From an uncultured Gemmatimonadaceae bacterium (lineage in GTDB: Bacteria; Gemmatimonadota; Gemmatimonadetes; Longimicrobiales; Gaopeijiaceae), in contig CAWBNF010000001.1 in the NCBI GenBank assembly GCA_963790115.1, positions 3,446,436-3,510,435 of the forward strand: a stretch of DNA of 64,000 nucleotides. The letters are read 5' to 3'. Under the pieces are notes generated by a model, which worked only from the letters and a program-made list of their open reading frames with translations, ran no database searches and was not told the origin of the DNA. Position numbers and translations under genes: made by a program. This document shows, piece by piece, positions 19,644 to 29,127 of the stretch. The first letter of the stretch is position 1, and the number at the start of each line of letters is the position of its first letter.

Positions 19644-20978
19644 TTGGCGAAGCTCACCCAGCGCTCGGTCTTCTCCTTCTGGGCTCCGCTCGCCGCTACG
19701 TGGATCATGATGGCGGCGGAGGGTCCGTTCCTTGCCGCGATCATCGCGCGCCTTCCGAACCCGACGTACAACCTGGCGGCTCACGGCGTCTCGTGGGCGA
19801 TCGCGATCCTCACCGAGGCTCCGGTCATCATGCTCATGAGCGCGGCGACGTCGCTCGTGCGCGACCGAACGAGCTTCGTGAGGCTCCGCACGTTCTCGCG
19901 AGCCCTGGCGGCCGCGACGACCGTCGGACTGGGGGTGATGATGCTACCTCCGGTGTACGGGTGGCTGACCGGCACGCTCATGGGGTTGCCACCGCAGGTT
20001 GCCCGCGTCACACGCGGCGCCCTGTGGTTCTTCCTGCCGTGGCCCGGAGCGATCGCGTACCGGCGCTTCCTCCAGGGGGTGCTGATCCGCGTGGGCAAGA
20101 CGAGGCTCGTTGCCTACGGGACCGTGCTGCGGCTCCTGACGATGTCGACGGTCGCGCTCCTCGGCTTTCTCTTCCTGGACCTGCCCGGTGCGTGGATCGG
20201 GGCGATGGCGCTCGGAGCGGGCGTCACCGCGGAGGCGATCGTGGCGCGCGTCATGGCCGCGTCCACCGTGCGCGCCCTCCTCGCGGGCGAGCTCGACACG
20301 CCCGCGGCGCGCGACCTCACCTACGGGGAGATCGCCACGTTCTACGTGCCGCTGGCCCTGACGTCCCTCATCGGCCTAACGGTTCAGCCGATCCTCACGT
20401 TCTTCATGGGCCGCGCCGCGTTTCCCGTGGAGTCGCTGGCGGTGTTCCCGGTCGTCTACTCGCTCGGCTTCTTCTTCCGCTCGATGGGACTCGCCTTCCA
20501 GGACGCTTCGATCGCACTCATGGGAGAGCGCTTCGAGCATCTGCGTGTGCTGGCCCGATTCGGCGTCGGCCTGGGCCTCGCGACCTCGGCGGCGGTCGCG
20601 CTCGTCGCCTTCACGCCGTTGTCGCACTTCTACTTCGTGACCGTGTCGGGGCTGACCGAGGATCTCGCCGCGTTCGCGGTCACGCCCACGCGGATCCTGG
20701 TGCCGCATCCGGCGCTCAGCGTTCTGCTCGCTGTGCAACGTGCGATCCTCGTGGAAGGAAAGCGGCCCCGCCACATCACGATCGCGAGCGCCGTCGAGGT
20801 CGGCGCCATCGCGCTGATATTCGTGGCTCTCGCGTGGGGTCTGGACGTGGCTGGTGTCACCGCGGCGTTCGCGGCGTTCGTGACCGCGAGGGTCCTGAGC
20901 AACGGATACCTGCTGAAGGCGTGTCGTCGGGCCGTGGGCCCACCGCGCCCGCGGCCGGCCGGAGCGATCACGGCGTGA
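19644..20978 (+). CDS. MATE/Wzx-like multipass membrane exporter family protein
   Basis: ORF 19644..20978 is intact (TTG start, uncertain). It has about 12 hydrophobic segments, with no soluble-domain motifs. Family assignment rests on general resemblance only. Confidence 0.55.
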   Translation: MAKLTQRSVFSFWAPLAATWIMMAAEGPFLAAIIARLPNPTYNLAAHGVSWAIAILTEAPVIMLMSAATSLVRDRTSFVRLRTFSRALAAATTVGLGVMMLPPVYGWLTGTLMGLPPQVARVTRGALWFFLPWPGAIAYRRFLQGVLIRVGKTRLVAYGTVLRLLTMSTVALLGFLFLDLPGAWIGAMALGAGVTAEAIVARVMAASTVRALLAGELDTPAARDLTYGEIATFYVPLALTSLIGLTVQPILTFFMGRAAFPVESLAVFPVVYSLGFFFRSMGLAFQDASIALMGERFEHLRVLARFGVGLGLATSAAVALVAFTPLSHFYFVTVSGLTEDLAAFAVTPTRILVPHPALSVLLAVQRAILVEGKRPRHITIASAVEVGAIALIFVALAWGLDVAGVTAAFAAFVTARVLSNGYLLKACRRAVGPPRPRPAGAITA

Positions 20979-21892
20979 GGCGGCGGAGCCCCTGGTTGTC
21001 GGGCCTCACGGCGAATCCGACGCACTCGGGGTCGCCGGTTCCTGCGTCGAAGACGACCTGCATCGCGCGCGCGACCTCCTCGGCCTTCCCCGGCACGCAC
21101 ATCGCGATGAGCCCGGAGCCCGCGCCGGAGATCGTCACGGCCCACGCGCCGGCGTCCAGGCCTGCCATCATCGCGGTAGCCGCGCTGGGGATCATGGGTA
21201 GCCTGTGCGGCACGTGCAGATCGTCCTTGACCCCGATCTGGATCAGCTCCGGGTTGCCCTCCGCCAGCCCGCGGATGAGCGCCGCGACCCGCCCGAGCGC
21301 TGCGGCCGCGGTCCTGTGCGGCACCGACTTGGGGAGCGCGCCGCGGGCCGCCTCGGTGGTGAGCTGGGCCGCGGGCGCCGCGTAGGCGAAGCCGACCGAG
21401 TCCGAGAGGTTCAGGCGAAAGACCACGGGTCCGTCCGCCGTCTTCGCCACGGCGCGCAAGCCGCCGTAGAGGCAGGGGGCCGCGTTGTCTCCGTGCCCCT
21501 CGTAGCTGAGCGCGGCCGCGAACGCCTCGCTGTCCGCACGGTCCTTGCCGCGGACCGCCCGCGCGAGATCGAAGCCGGCGAGCACGGCGGCGGACGAGGA
21601 GCCGAGTCCGCGCGCGATCGGGATCGTGGAGGAGAGGCGAAGGACGCCATGGGGCTCGATGCCGTCCCGGGCGAGGGCCTGCGTGAACGTGCCGGCCACG
21701 AGATCGGGCTTGTCATCGTCGGACAGGCTGGCGAGCGTGCCCTCCCGCTCGAGCGCCAGCCCGCTCACCGCCAGGCTCGAAGGACACCTCCAGATAGCGA
21801 TCGAGGGCCAGACCGATCGTGTCGTAGCCCGAGCCGAGGTTGGAGGTCGAGCAGGGCACGCGGACGCGTGCTTTCTGGAGCGGCGGGGTCAA
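20968..21892 (-). pseudogene. thrB: Homoserine kinase, one frameshift
   Basis: The N-terminus reads from TTG 21892 (or an internal GTG): RVRVPCSTSNLGSGYDTIGLALDRYLEVSFEP. After a shift near 21772 comes ORF 20968..21768 (IPIARGLGSSSAAVLAG...EGHGDNAAPCLYGG...ISGAGSGLIAM). It overlaps the thrC stop. Confidence 0.85.
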
Positions 21893-23169
21893 CTCGCGTC
21901 CAATGCGGCGCCCAGGGCGCCGAGCTCTGCCGATATCTCGTCCATGTGCTCCTCTGCGTCCATGACCGACGCGATGCCCTCGGGGAGCGCCACCGGTCCT
22001 CCGATCGCTCGCTCCACGACCTCGGGAAACTTGGCGGGGTGAGCCGTGGACAGCACCACCGCCGGTCCCTGGGAGCCATCATCGTAACCCGTGCGGGCTC
22101 GAACCCCTACGGCCGTGTGCGGATCGAGCACGTACCCCGTCCGCTCGTAGACCTCGGCGATGCACGCGCTGGTCTCCTCGTCGCTGACGGAGAAGCCGGT
22201 CACGTCCGCACGCAGCCTCCCGGGGTCATCGCGATAGAGCCAGCGGATCCGCTCGAGGTTGCTGGGATCTCCCACGTCCATGGCGCTGGAAAAGGTGGGC
22301 GTCGACGGCCGCGGCTCGAACCGCCCCTCGCACAGGAAATCGACGAACGCCCTGTTGGCGTTCACGGCCGCCACGAAGCCCCGATTGGGCATTCCCGCGA
22401 GGTGCGCGACGAGGCCGCCGCACAGGTTGCCGAGGTTTCCCGACGGGACGACGAAGCGCGCCCTCTGGCTCCCCCATCCGAGAAGCGTCGCGGCGTGGAC
22501 GTAGTAGAAGCTCTGAGGGATCAGGCGACCGATGTTGATCGAGTTTGCGGACGTGAGTCGATGACGCGCGCGGAGCGTCTCGTCGCGAAACGCCTCCTTC
22601 GCCATGCGCTGGCAGTCGTCGAAGGTGCCGGTCACGGCCAGAGCGTGGACGTTGCCTCCGAGCGTCGTCATCTGCCGTCGCTGCCTCTCGCTCACCTTCC
22701 CCTCGGGGAAGAGAATCACGACGCGGTACCCCTCGAGACCGTGGAACGCGTGCGCGACCGCGCTTCCCGTGTCGCCCGACGTGGCGACGAGAACCGTGCG
22801 CCTTCCGCCGCCGGGATCGAGCGCCGCCATGAGGCGCGCCATGAAGCGTGCGCCGATGTCCTTGAAGGCGTGCGTCGGCCCGTGGAAGAGCTCCAGCACG
22901 TGGAGGCCGGGCTCCACCTCGATCAGCGGCACCGGGAAGTCGAGGGCGCCCCGTACCACGCGCTCCAGGACATCGGGATCGATGTCTCCCAGCAGGAGGG
23001 GGGCCAGCCACGCACCCGTGTCGGCGAGCTCGTGCACGCCGCTCGGTGGGTCGGGCAGCCGGGGGAGCTCGGTCGGAACGTAGAGGCCCCCGTCCGGTGC
23101 GAGACCGTCGAAGAGCGCGTCGGCGAGCGAGACGGGCCCGCTTCCGCGCGTGCTCACGAAGCCGCTCAT
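21889..23169 (-). CDS. thrC: Threonine synthase
   Basis: ORF 21889..23169 is intact: MSGFVSTRG...GGLYVP, the PLP-lysine motif GPTHAFKDIG, SGDTGSA, SANSINIGRLIPQ. Confidence 0.92.
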   Translation of the reverse strand: MSGFVSTRGSGPVSLADALFDGLAPDGGLYVPTELPRLPDPPSGVHELADTGAWLAPLLLGDIDPDVLERVVRGALDFPVPLIEVEPGLHVLELFHGPTHAFKDIGARFMARLMAALDPGGGRRTVLVATSGDTGSAVAHAFHGLEGYRVVILFPEGKVSERQRRQMTTLGGNVHALAVTGTFDDCQRMAKEAFRDETLRARHRLTSANSINIGRLIPQSFYYVHAATLLGWGSQRARFVVPSGNLGNLCGGLVAHLAGMPNRGFVAAVNANRAFVDFLCEGRFEPRPSTPTFSSAMDVGDPSNLERIRWLYRDDPGRLRADVTGFSVSDEETSACIAEVYERTGYVLDPHTAVGVRARTGYDDGSQGPAVVLSTAHPAKFPEVVERAIGGPVALPEGIASVMDAEEHMDEISAELGALGAALDAS

Positions 23170-25175
23170 GCGGAGACCGTCTGAGGCACGCCGATGCGCT
23201 CGAGAAGAGCGGCGAAGGCGGGATCGGAGCGCGCGGCGCGGAACGCGGAGAAGCCTCCCAACAGCACGACTGTGCCCATGCGGCGCTCCACCGCCCGGGA
23301 CAGGCGCTCGATCGCCTGTGCGCGGTCACCCAGGCCTTCGTAGACGAGCGCGAAGTCGACGTCGAGCGTGAGGTCGGGTCGCTCCTGGACGCGCCCTTCG
23401 AGGAGCGACAGCATCCGCTCCGCGTCGGCGGTGCGCCCGGCCTTCGCGTACGCGAAGCCCCGTGCGCCCAGGGCGGCCTGCTCGTTTCCGGCCTTCACCG
23501 GCAGCTCCTCGAACGTCCGAACGGCGGCCTCGTAGTCGCCGTCCAGCACCTGGAGCCAGCCGAGGCTCTCGGTCGCGGATCGGAAGTCCGGGTCGAGCTC
23601 CAGCGCGCGGGCCACGTGGCTCTTCGCCTCGTCGCTGTCGCCGACGGCGCCGAGCGTGTGGGCCAACGCGTCGTGGTAGACGGGAGAGAGAGGGTCGAGC
23701 TGTACCGCGGTTCGCGAGGCTTCCACGGCCTCGTCGAGCTCGCCCACTGCTTCGAGATACATCGAATAGACGTGATGGGCCTCGGCCGAGCCGGGCGTGA
23801 CCGTGAGCGCCTTCTGGATCGAGCGGTAGGCTCCCTCGAAGTCCCAGTCGAAGAACAGCCGCACCGCGGCCAGCGCCACGTGGGACTCACCGGCATCGGG
23901 CTCGAGCTCGAGCGCCTTGAGCGCCGCGATCTCGGCGCGAGGGAAGGCCTCGGCCGACGCGACGTGGCCGACGGCGCCCAGGAACACGTAGGCGGTCGCC
24001 AAGCCGGTGTAGGGGAGCGCGCACGCCGAGTCCATCTCGATCGAGCGCTCGTAGTACCGGATCGCGCGGCGAGCGCCGTCGGGTGTGTAGCGGGCCCACT
24101 CGTGACGCCCCTTCAGGTACTCGGCGTAAGCCTCGGTATCGTGAGAGTGGCCGCCCTCGATATGGCGCTCGGATCGAGATCTTCCCGGCGGGGCGAGCTG
24201 GTCGGCGAGGCGGTCGACGATCGCGCGTGCGATCTCGTCCTGAACGGCGAAGATGTCCTCCAGCGAGCGGTCGTAGCTCTCGGAGAACATGTGGTAGCCG
24301 TCCGCGGCGCAGATGAGCTGGGTGGTCACCCGCACGCGGTTGCCCGCGCGCCGAACCGAGCCCTCCACCACGTGCGTGACGGCGAGCTGCTCCGCGATCC
24401 GCCTGATGTCCGTGCTCTGGTTCTTGAACGCGAACGACGACGTGCGGGCCGTCACCTTCAGCCCGTTCACTCGCGTGAGCGCGTTGATGATCTCCTCGGT
24501 GATGCCGTCGCTGAAGTACTCGTTCTCGGGGTCGGCGCTGAGGTTGAGGAACGGGAGCACCGCCACGCTGCGGCTCGCGTGCGCGCGTGCCGGAGCGAGG
24601 TACGACTCGTCGGGCACGGAGAGGCCGTCGTTCGTCACCGCGAAGACGGTCATGGGGTGCTTCACGTGCTTGAGGTTGAACGCGCCGAGGCTGCGCGTGC
24701 GAATCTCCGGATGGTTCTTCACCTCGTCGAAGACCTTGCCGGAGATCAGGATGCCGCCCGGCACCGACATCCCCTGGATTCTGGAGGCGACGTTCACCCC
24801 GTCACCGAACACGCCGTCCTCGTCGTGCACGACGTCACCGGTGTGAATCCCGATCCTGAGGGGGATCGGCGGCTCCGCCCTCAAGGTCTCCTGGATCTCG
24901 AGCGCGCTTCGCACCGAGGCGATCGCGCTCTGGAACACCGAGAGCGTCCCGTCGCCGTAGCGCTGCAGGACCTTGCCCCCGTGTCGGGCGATCGACTCGT
25001 CCAGCACCTTCCGCTGACGGTCGCGGTCGGCCTTGGCCTGACGCTCGTCCTCCTGCATCAGGGCCGTGTAGCCGGCCATGTCCGTGAACATGATGGCGGT
25101 GAGCTGACGTACCATGGAGACTCGGATCGGCGTGGCGGGTCGACGCTGTCGAAGCACTGCGAGCGAGGGCTCCAT
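23166..25175 (-). CDS. Class III adenylate/guanylate cyclase fused to a TolB-N-like segment and TPR repeats
   Basis: ORF 23166..25175 is intact. Cyclase core: AIMFTDMAGYTALM...GDGTLSVF...IGIHTGDVV...GDGVNVASR. This is followed by VAVLPFLNLSADPENEYFSDGITEEII and TPR-like repeats. The stop overlaps the thrC ATG. The start may be MVRQL at 25115. Confidence 0.85.
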   Translation of the reverse strand: MEPSLAVLRQRRPATPIRVSMVRQLTAIMFTDMAGYTALMQEDERQAKADRDRQRKVLDESIARHGGKVLQRYGDGTLSVFQSAIASVRSALEIQETLRAEPPIPLRIGIHTGDVVHDEDGVFGDGVNVASRIQGMSVPGGILISGKVFDEVKNHPEIRTRSLGAFNLKHVKHPMTVFAVTNDGLSVPDESYLAPARAHASRSVAVLPFLNLSADPENEYFSDGITEEIINALTRVNGLKVTARTSSFAFKNQSTDIRRIAEQLAVTHVVEGSVRRAGNRVRVTTQLICAADGYHMFSESYDRSLEDIFAVQDEIARAIVDRLADQLAPPGRSRSERHIEGGHSHDTEAYAEYLKGRHEWARYTPDGARRAIRYYERSIEMDSACALPYTGLATAYVFLGAVGHVASAEAFPRAEIAALKALELEPDAGESHVALAAVRLFFDWDFEGAYRSIQKALTVTPGSAEAHHVYSMYLEAVGELDEAVEASRTAVQLDPLSPVYHDALAHTLGAVGDSDEAKSHVARALELDPDFRSATESLGWLQVLDGDYEAAVRTFEELPVKAGNEQAALGARGFAYAKAGRTADAERMLSLLEGRVQERPDLTLDVDFALVYEGLGDRAQAIERLSRAVERRMGTVVLLGGFSAFRAARSDPAFAALLERIGVPQTVSA

Positions 25176-25223
25176 TCAACACCTGAGTACGCCGAATCGT
25201 GCCCTCAGCACTTGCTACGGAGC

Positions 25224-25254
25224 AAAAAAAGCTGGCGCCCCTAGGGGCGCCAGC
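25224..25254 (-). terminator. Rho-independent terminator of the H1-like gene
   Basis: The minus strand reads GCTGGCGCCCC-TA-GGGGCGCCAGC followed by TTTTTTT, 30 nt after the stop at 25284. Confidence 0.85.
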
Positions 25255-25283
25255 GCTTTCCCACCCGTAGGAGGGGTGCCGCA

Positions 25284-25568
25284 CTACTTCTTCTTGGCGG
25301 CGGCCTTCTTCCGGGGAGCCTTCTTCTTCGGCGCAGCCTTCTTCTTCGCGGCGGCCTTCTTCCGCGGAGCCTTCTTCTTGGCAGCGGCCTTCTTCCGAGG
25401 AGCCTTCTTCTTCGCAGCCTTCTTCTTCGGCGCAGCCTTCTTCTTAGCCGCAGCCTTCTTCTTGGGCGCGGCCTTGCGAGAGGGCCGCTTCTTGGCGCCC
25501 GCCGCTTTCTTGGTGGCCGGCTTCCTTGCTGCCTTCTTCTTCGCTGTCTTCTTCTTCGCTGTCGCCAC
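25284..25568 (-). CDS. Lys/Ala-rich histone H1-like nucleoid-associated protein
   Basis: GTG 25568 lies 7 nt after GGAGG. The sequence VATAKKKTAKKKAARKPATKKAAGAKK...(KKAPRKKAAAKKKA)n is low-complexity and repetitive, like bacterial H1/Hc1/AlgP-tail proteins. Confidence 0.75.
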   Translation of the reverse strand: MATAKKKTAKKKAARKPATKKAAGAKKRPSRKAAPKKKAAAKKKAAPKKKAAKKKAPRKKAAAKKKAPRKKAAAKKKAAPKKKAPRKKAAAKKK

Positions 25569-25760
25569 TGGAATGCCTCCGAGCGCTGAGGGTGCCACGA
25601 AAAATCAGCGAGTGCGATCGCATTTATCTAGCAGCATCAGGATCGGGTGCGCAATAGGCATGCGACGCGTCGACACAAGATGTAGTATATGCGACGTGCC
25701 CACATACGTGATGTGGTAGCAGCGCTCCCGCTGGTCCGGAGGTCGGCCGAGGACTCTCCC

Positions 25761-26510
25761 ATGTTGACCGCCACAGAATTCTTGAACGAGCTGCATCGCC
25801 GCGGTGCTAAGCGGCTAAGCCGCGTATCGTTCCGGAGAAACCGGAGCATTCTCTGGTCGCTCACGCAGAATGGCCGGGTTCTCAACGTCCACGCGGCGTA
25901 CGGGTCGGCGTCCGCCGAGCTCCTGGACGCGTTCGCCACGCTCGTCAGGGAGGGCGGCATCCGCTCCCGCGCCGGCCGCGGGGCCGCGGCCCTCATCGGC
26001 GAATGGCCGGACGTCAAGCAAGCCTTGCAGGAGGCCCGGCACGCCCACAGAAATGGCGTCGTTGCTGGATGTTGCGCCACTCCCGAGCAGAGCCGCTACC
26101 TGCGGGCGCTCTACCGCTACTTCAACCACACGCGGTTCGGGGGGTGCCTCCCGGACACCATCCCGATCCGGCTGAGCAACCGCATGCGGTCCGGGTTGGG
26201 CCACATGCTGCCGGGCGACGAATCCGACGCGGGCCGTTGGGTGGCCGAGGTCGCCCTCAACGTGGATCTGATGCTTCCGGGCAACGGGGCCGAGCGACTC
26301 GACACGCTCTTGCACGAGATGGCACATGTGGCGGATTACCTGCAGACGGGAGGCCGCGACCACGGCGAGTCGTGGAAGGAGTGGGCGGTGAAGGTCGGCT
26401 GTCGACCCGTCCGCCTCTACGACCGACCGGTGCGCAGGCGGGCGCGGCGGCGGACGCGAGTGACGCGAGTGCCGCCGCTGCCGGCGCCGCTGCGCTCCTT
26501 GTCGGGCTGA
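25761..26510 (+). CDS. SprT-like zinc metalloprotease domain protein
   Basis: ATG 25761 inside ORF 25689..26510. YFNHTRFGGCLP...IRLSNRMRSGLG...LLHEMAHV (HExxH)...HGESWKEW is the SprT-like pattern. Confidence 0.7.
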   Translation: MLTATEFLNELHRRGAKRLSRVSFRRNRSILWSLTQNGRVLNVHAAYGSASAELLDAFATLVREGGIRSRAGRGAAALIGEWPDVKQALQEARHAHRNGVVAGCCATPEQSRYLRALYRYFNHTRFGGCLPDTIPIRLSNRMRSGLGHMLPGDESDAGRWVAEVALNVDLMLPGNGAERLDTLLHEMAHVADYLQTGGRDHGESWKEWAVKVGCRPVRLYDRPVRRRARRRTRVTRVPPLPAPLRSLSG

Positions 26511-26531
26511 TGTCGCCGGAGCCGGCGCAGC

Positions 26532-27077
26532 TCAGTCGAACGCGCCGAGCTGCCTCTCCTTCTCGTGCGCGGACTGCATGAACGCGGCCATCACGACTCC
26601 CGTGATCGCGTTCCCCGCCAGCACGGGCGTGATCCCCATGGCGGCTACGATGCCGGGCATGAAGAGCACGTCGCCGACGAGAATCGCCGCAGTCAGAACG
26701 AGGAACACGGCCCCGGCCATGACCAGGAGATGCTGGTCGATCAACCGGAAGCGATGGCTCAACCGCGAGACGAACGCGCCGAGCAGCCCGAACGCCGCGA
26801 AGTGGACAATGGTGAAGTACGCCACCATATCGTAGCGCACGACCGTGATCGTATGGGGATCGGCTCCCGTGAACAGAGCGGTCCCGACGAGGGACGGGGT
26901 GAAGAGCGGTTGTCCCCGGAAGAAATCGACGATCAGGAAGAAGACTGCGACGACCGTTCCGCCGAAGGCGCCTCCGTAGAAGGCCTCGTAGAGAAGGTTG
27001 GCGGTCGGGCCCGGGATCGGCTCCTGTGCCGCGCGCGGCGCGCTCGCGCGGCCGGGGGCTGTGGTAAGGTTGGACAT
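26532..27077 (-). CDS. Hypothetical integral membrane protein
   Basis: ORF 26532..27077 follows GGAGG and has 4-5 hydrophobic segments. I recognise no family. Confidence 0.6.
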   Translation of the reverse strand: MSNLTTAPGRASAPRAAQEPIPGPTANLLYEAFYGGAFGGTVVAVFFLIVDFFRGQPLFTPSLVGTALFTGADPHTITVVRYDMVAYFTIVHFAAFGLLGAFVSRLSHRFRLIDQHLLVMAGAVFLVLTAAILVGDVLFMPGIVAAMGITPVLAGNAITGVVMAAFMQSAHEKERQLGAFD

Positions 27078-27102
27078 GGCACCTCCATTGGCTGACTGCT
27101 AA

Positions 27103-29127
27103 TCAACCAATGAATACACCAGCGGTCAGAGTTCCCTTCGCGGCTTCGACGACCGCGTCCACGGTAAAGCCGAACTTCTCGAAAAGGACCTCGGCCGGAG
27201 CCGACGCGCCGAAGTGGTCGAGTCCCACGGCTCGGCCCGACGGGCCGAGCCAGCGGTCCCATCCGAACGTGGCTGCCGCCTCGATGGAGACGCGCGCGGG
27301 CACGTGCGGCGGCAGGACCTGGTCGCGGTACTCGCGCGTCCTGTCGTGCGAACAGGTGCCAGCTCGGCAGGCTGACCACGCGGGTCGCCTTGCCCTCGGC
27401 CTCGAGCTTCTCCCTGGCCTCGAGCGCCAGCCCCACCTCGCTGCCGCTGGCGATGAGAATCACCGACGGCTCGCTTCCCGATGCCTCCGCGAGCACGTAA
27501 CCGCCGCGCCGCAGCCCCTCGGCGGAAGCGAGCGGACCGGAGCGGTCGAGCGTCGCCACCTTCTGCCGGCTGAGCGCGAGGAAGGTCGGTCCGTCGGAGC
27601 GCTCCATGGCCACCCGCCACGCGACCTCGGTCTCGGCAGCGTCCGCGGGGCGAAGGTCCATCGAGGTTGGGAACGGCCCTCAGCGCCGCGAGCTGCTCGA
27701 CGGGCTGGTGCGTCGGCCCGTCCTCGCCCAGGCCGATCGAGTCGTGACTGAAGACGTAGACGACAGGCTGGCCCATGAGCGCGGCGAGCCGGATCGCCGG
27801 GCGCATGTAGTCGGAAAAGATCAGGAACGTGCCGCCGAAAGGCCGCACGCCCCCGTGCAGCGACATGCCGTTCATGACGGCGCCCATCGCGTGCTCGCGA
27901 ATCCCGTAGCGGACGTTCCGGCCGCACGGCGTGTCCGGTAGGAGATCGTCGGCGCCGTCGATGTCGGTCTTGTTCGATCCCGCCAGGTCGGCCGACCCGC
28001 CCACCAGGTTCGGCACGCGCGCGGCCAGCCCCTGGATCACCTTGCCCGACCAGTTGCGCGTCGCGTCCGCCTTCTCCACCGAGGACAGGTCGGGAAGGTC
28101 GGCGTCCCATTCCTCAGGGAGGTCGCCGGCCATCATCCTCAGGAACTCGGCCGCGAGGTCGGGATGCTCGGCCTGGTACGCCTCGAAGCGCTCGTGCCAT
28201 GCGGATTCGAGGCCCTCGCCGCGCTCGATGCACTCGGCCCAGTGCGCGCGCGCCTCCGGATCCACCCAGAACGGCTCGAGCGACGGATAGCCGAGGTTCT
28301 TCTTCGTGGCCTCGACCTCGTCCTCGCCCAGAGCGGAGCCGTGGGCGGCCGACGTGCCCGCCTTGTGAGGGCTCCCCCAGGCGATCGTCGTGCGAAGCAC
28401 GATGAAGCTCGGGCGCTCGGTCTCGGCCTTCGCCGCCTCGATCGCGGCGTCGATGGCGTCGAGATCGTTGCCGTCGGCCACGTGCTGCACGTGCCACCCG
28501 TACGCACGGAAGCGCTCGGCGTGATCGGTCGAGGTCGACAGGTCGGTGGCGCCGTCGATGGTGATCCGGTTGTCGTCGAAGATCCAGGTCAGCTTGCCGA
28601 GCTTCTGATGCCCGGCCAGCGCTGCCGCTTCGTGGGAGATGCCCTCCATCATGTCGCCGTCCGAGCACAGCGCGTACGTGCGGTGGTCGACGATCTCGTG
28701 GCCGGGCCGGTTGAAGCGCGCGGCGAGCCAGCGCTCGGCGAGCGCCATCCCCACGGAGTTCGCGACCCCCTGTCCGAGGGGGCCGGTGGTCGTCTCGACG
28801 CCGGGGGCGTGGCCGTACTCCGGATGGCCCGCGGTGGGCGAGCCCCATTGGCGGAAGTTGCGGATGTCCTCCGTCGTAGATGTCGTACCCGCTCAGGTGC
28901 AGGGCCGAGTAGAGGAGCATCGACGCGTGTCCGCACGACAGGACGAAGCGGTCGCGGTCCAGCCAGTCGGGGTCCTTGGGGTTGTGGCGGAGGTGACGGT
29001 GGAAGAGCAGGTAGCCGACCGGGGCGAGCGCCATGGGCGTGCCCGGGTGGCCGGAGTTTGCCTTCTGGACCGCGTCCATGGAGAGGACGCGGATCGCGTC
29101 GATCGAGAGGCGCTGGAGGTCGTTCAT
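27103..29127 (-). pseudogene. tkt: Transketolase, at least three frameshifts
   Basis: The fragments are ORFs 28114..29127 ([12 protein letters not shown]), 27126..28754 ([14 protein letters not shown]...[14 protein letters not shown]...GIREHAMG), 26933..27661 and 27103..27303 ([13 protein letters not shown]...GASAP). The +1 shifts are near 28880, 27660 and 27335. Confidence 0.9.

Noticed and set aside
25114-25719. The Phe/Ala/Gly-rich ORF on the plus strand (FFFGAAFFFAAAFF...)
   Set aside because: It is the antisense reading of the Lys/Ala-rich H1-like gene (AAG/GCC repeats). The minus-strand frame has the RBS, the start codon and a strong terminator.
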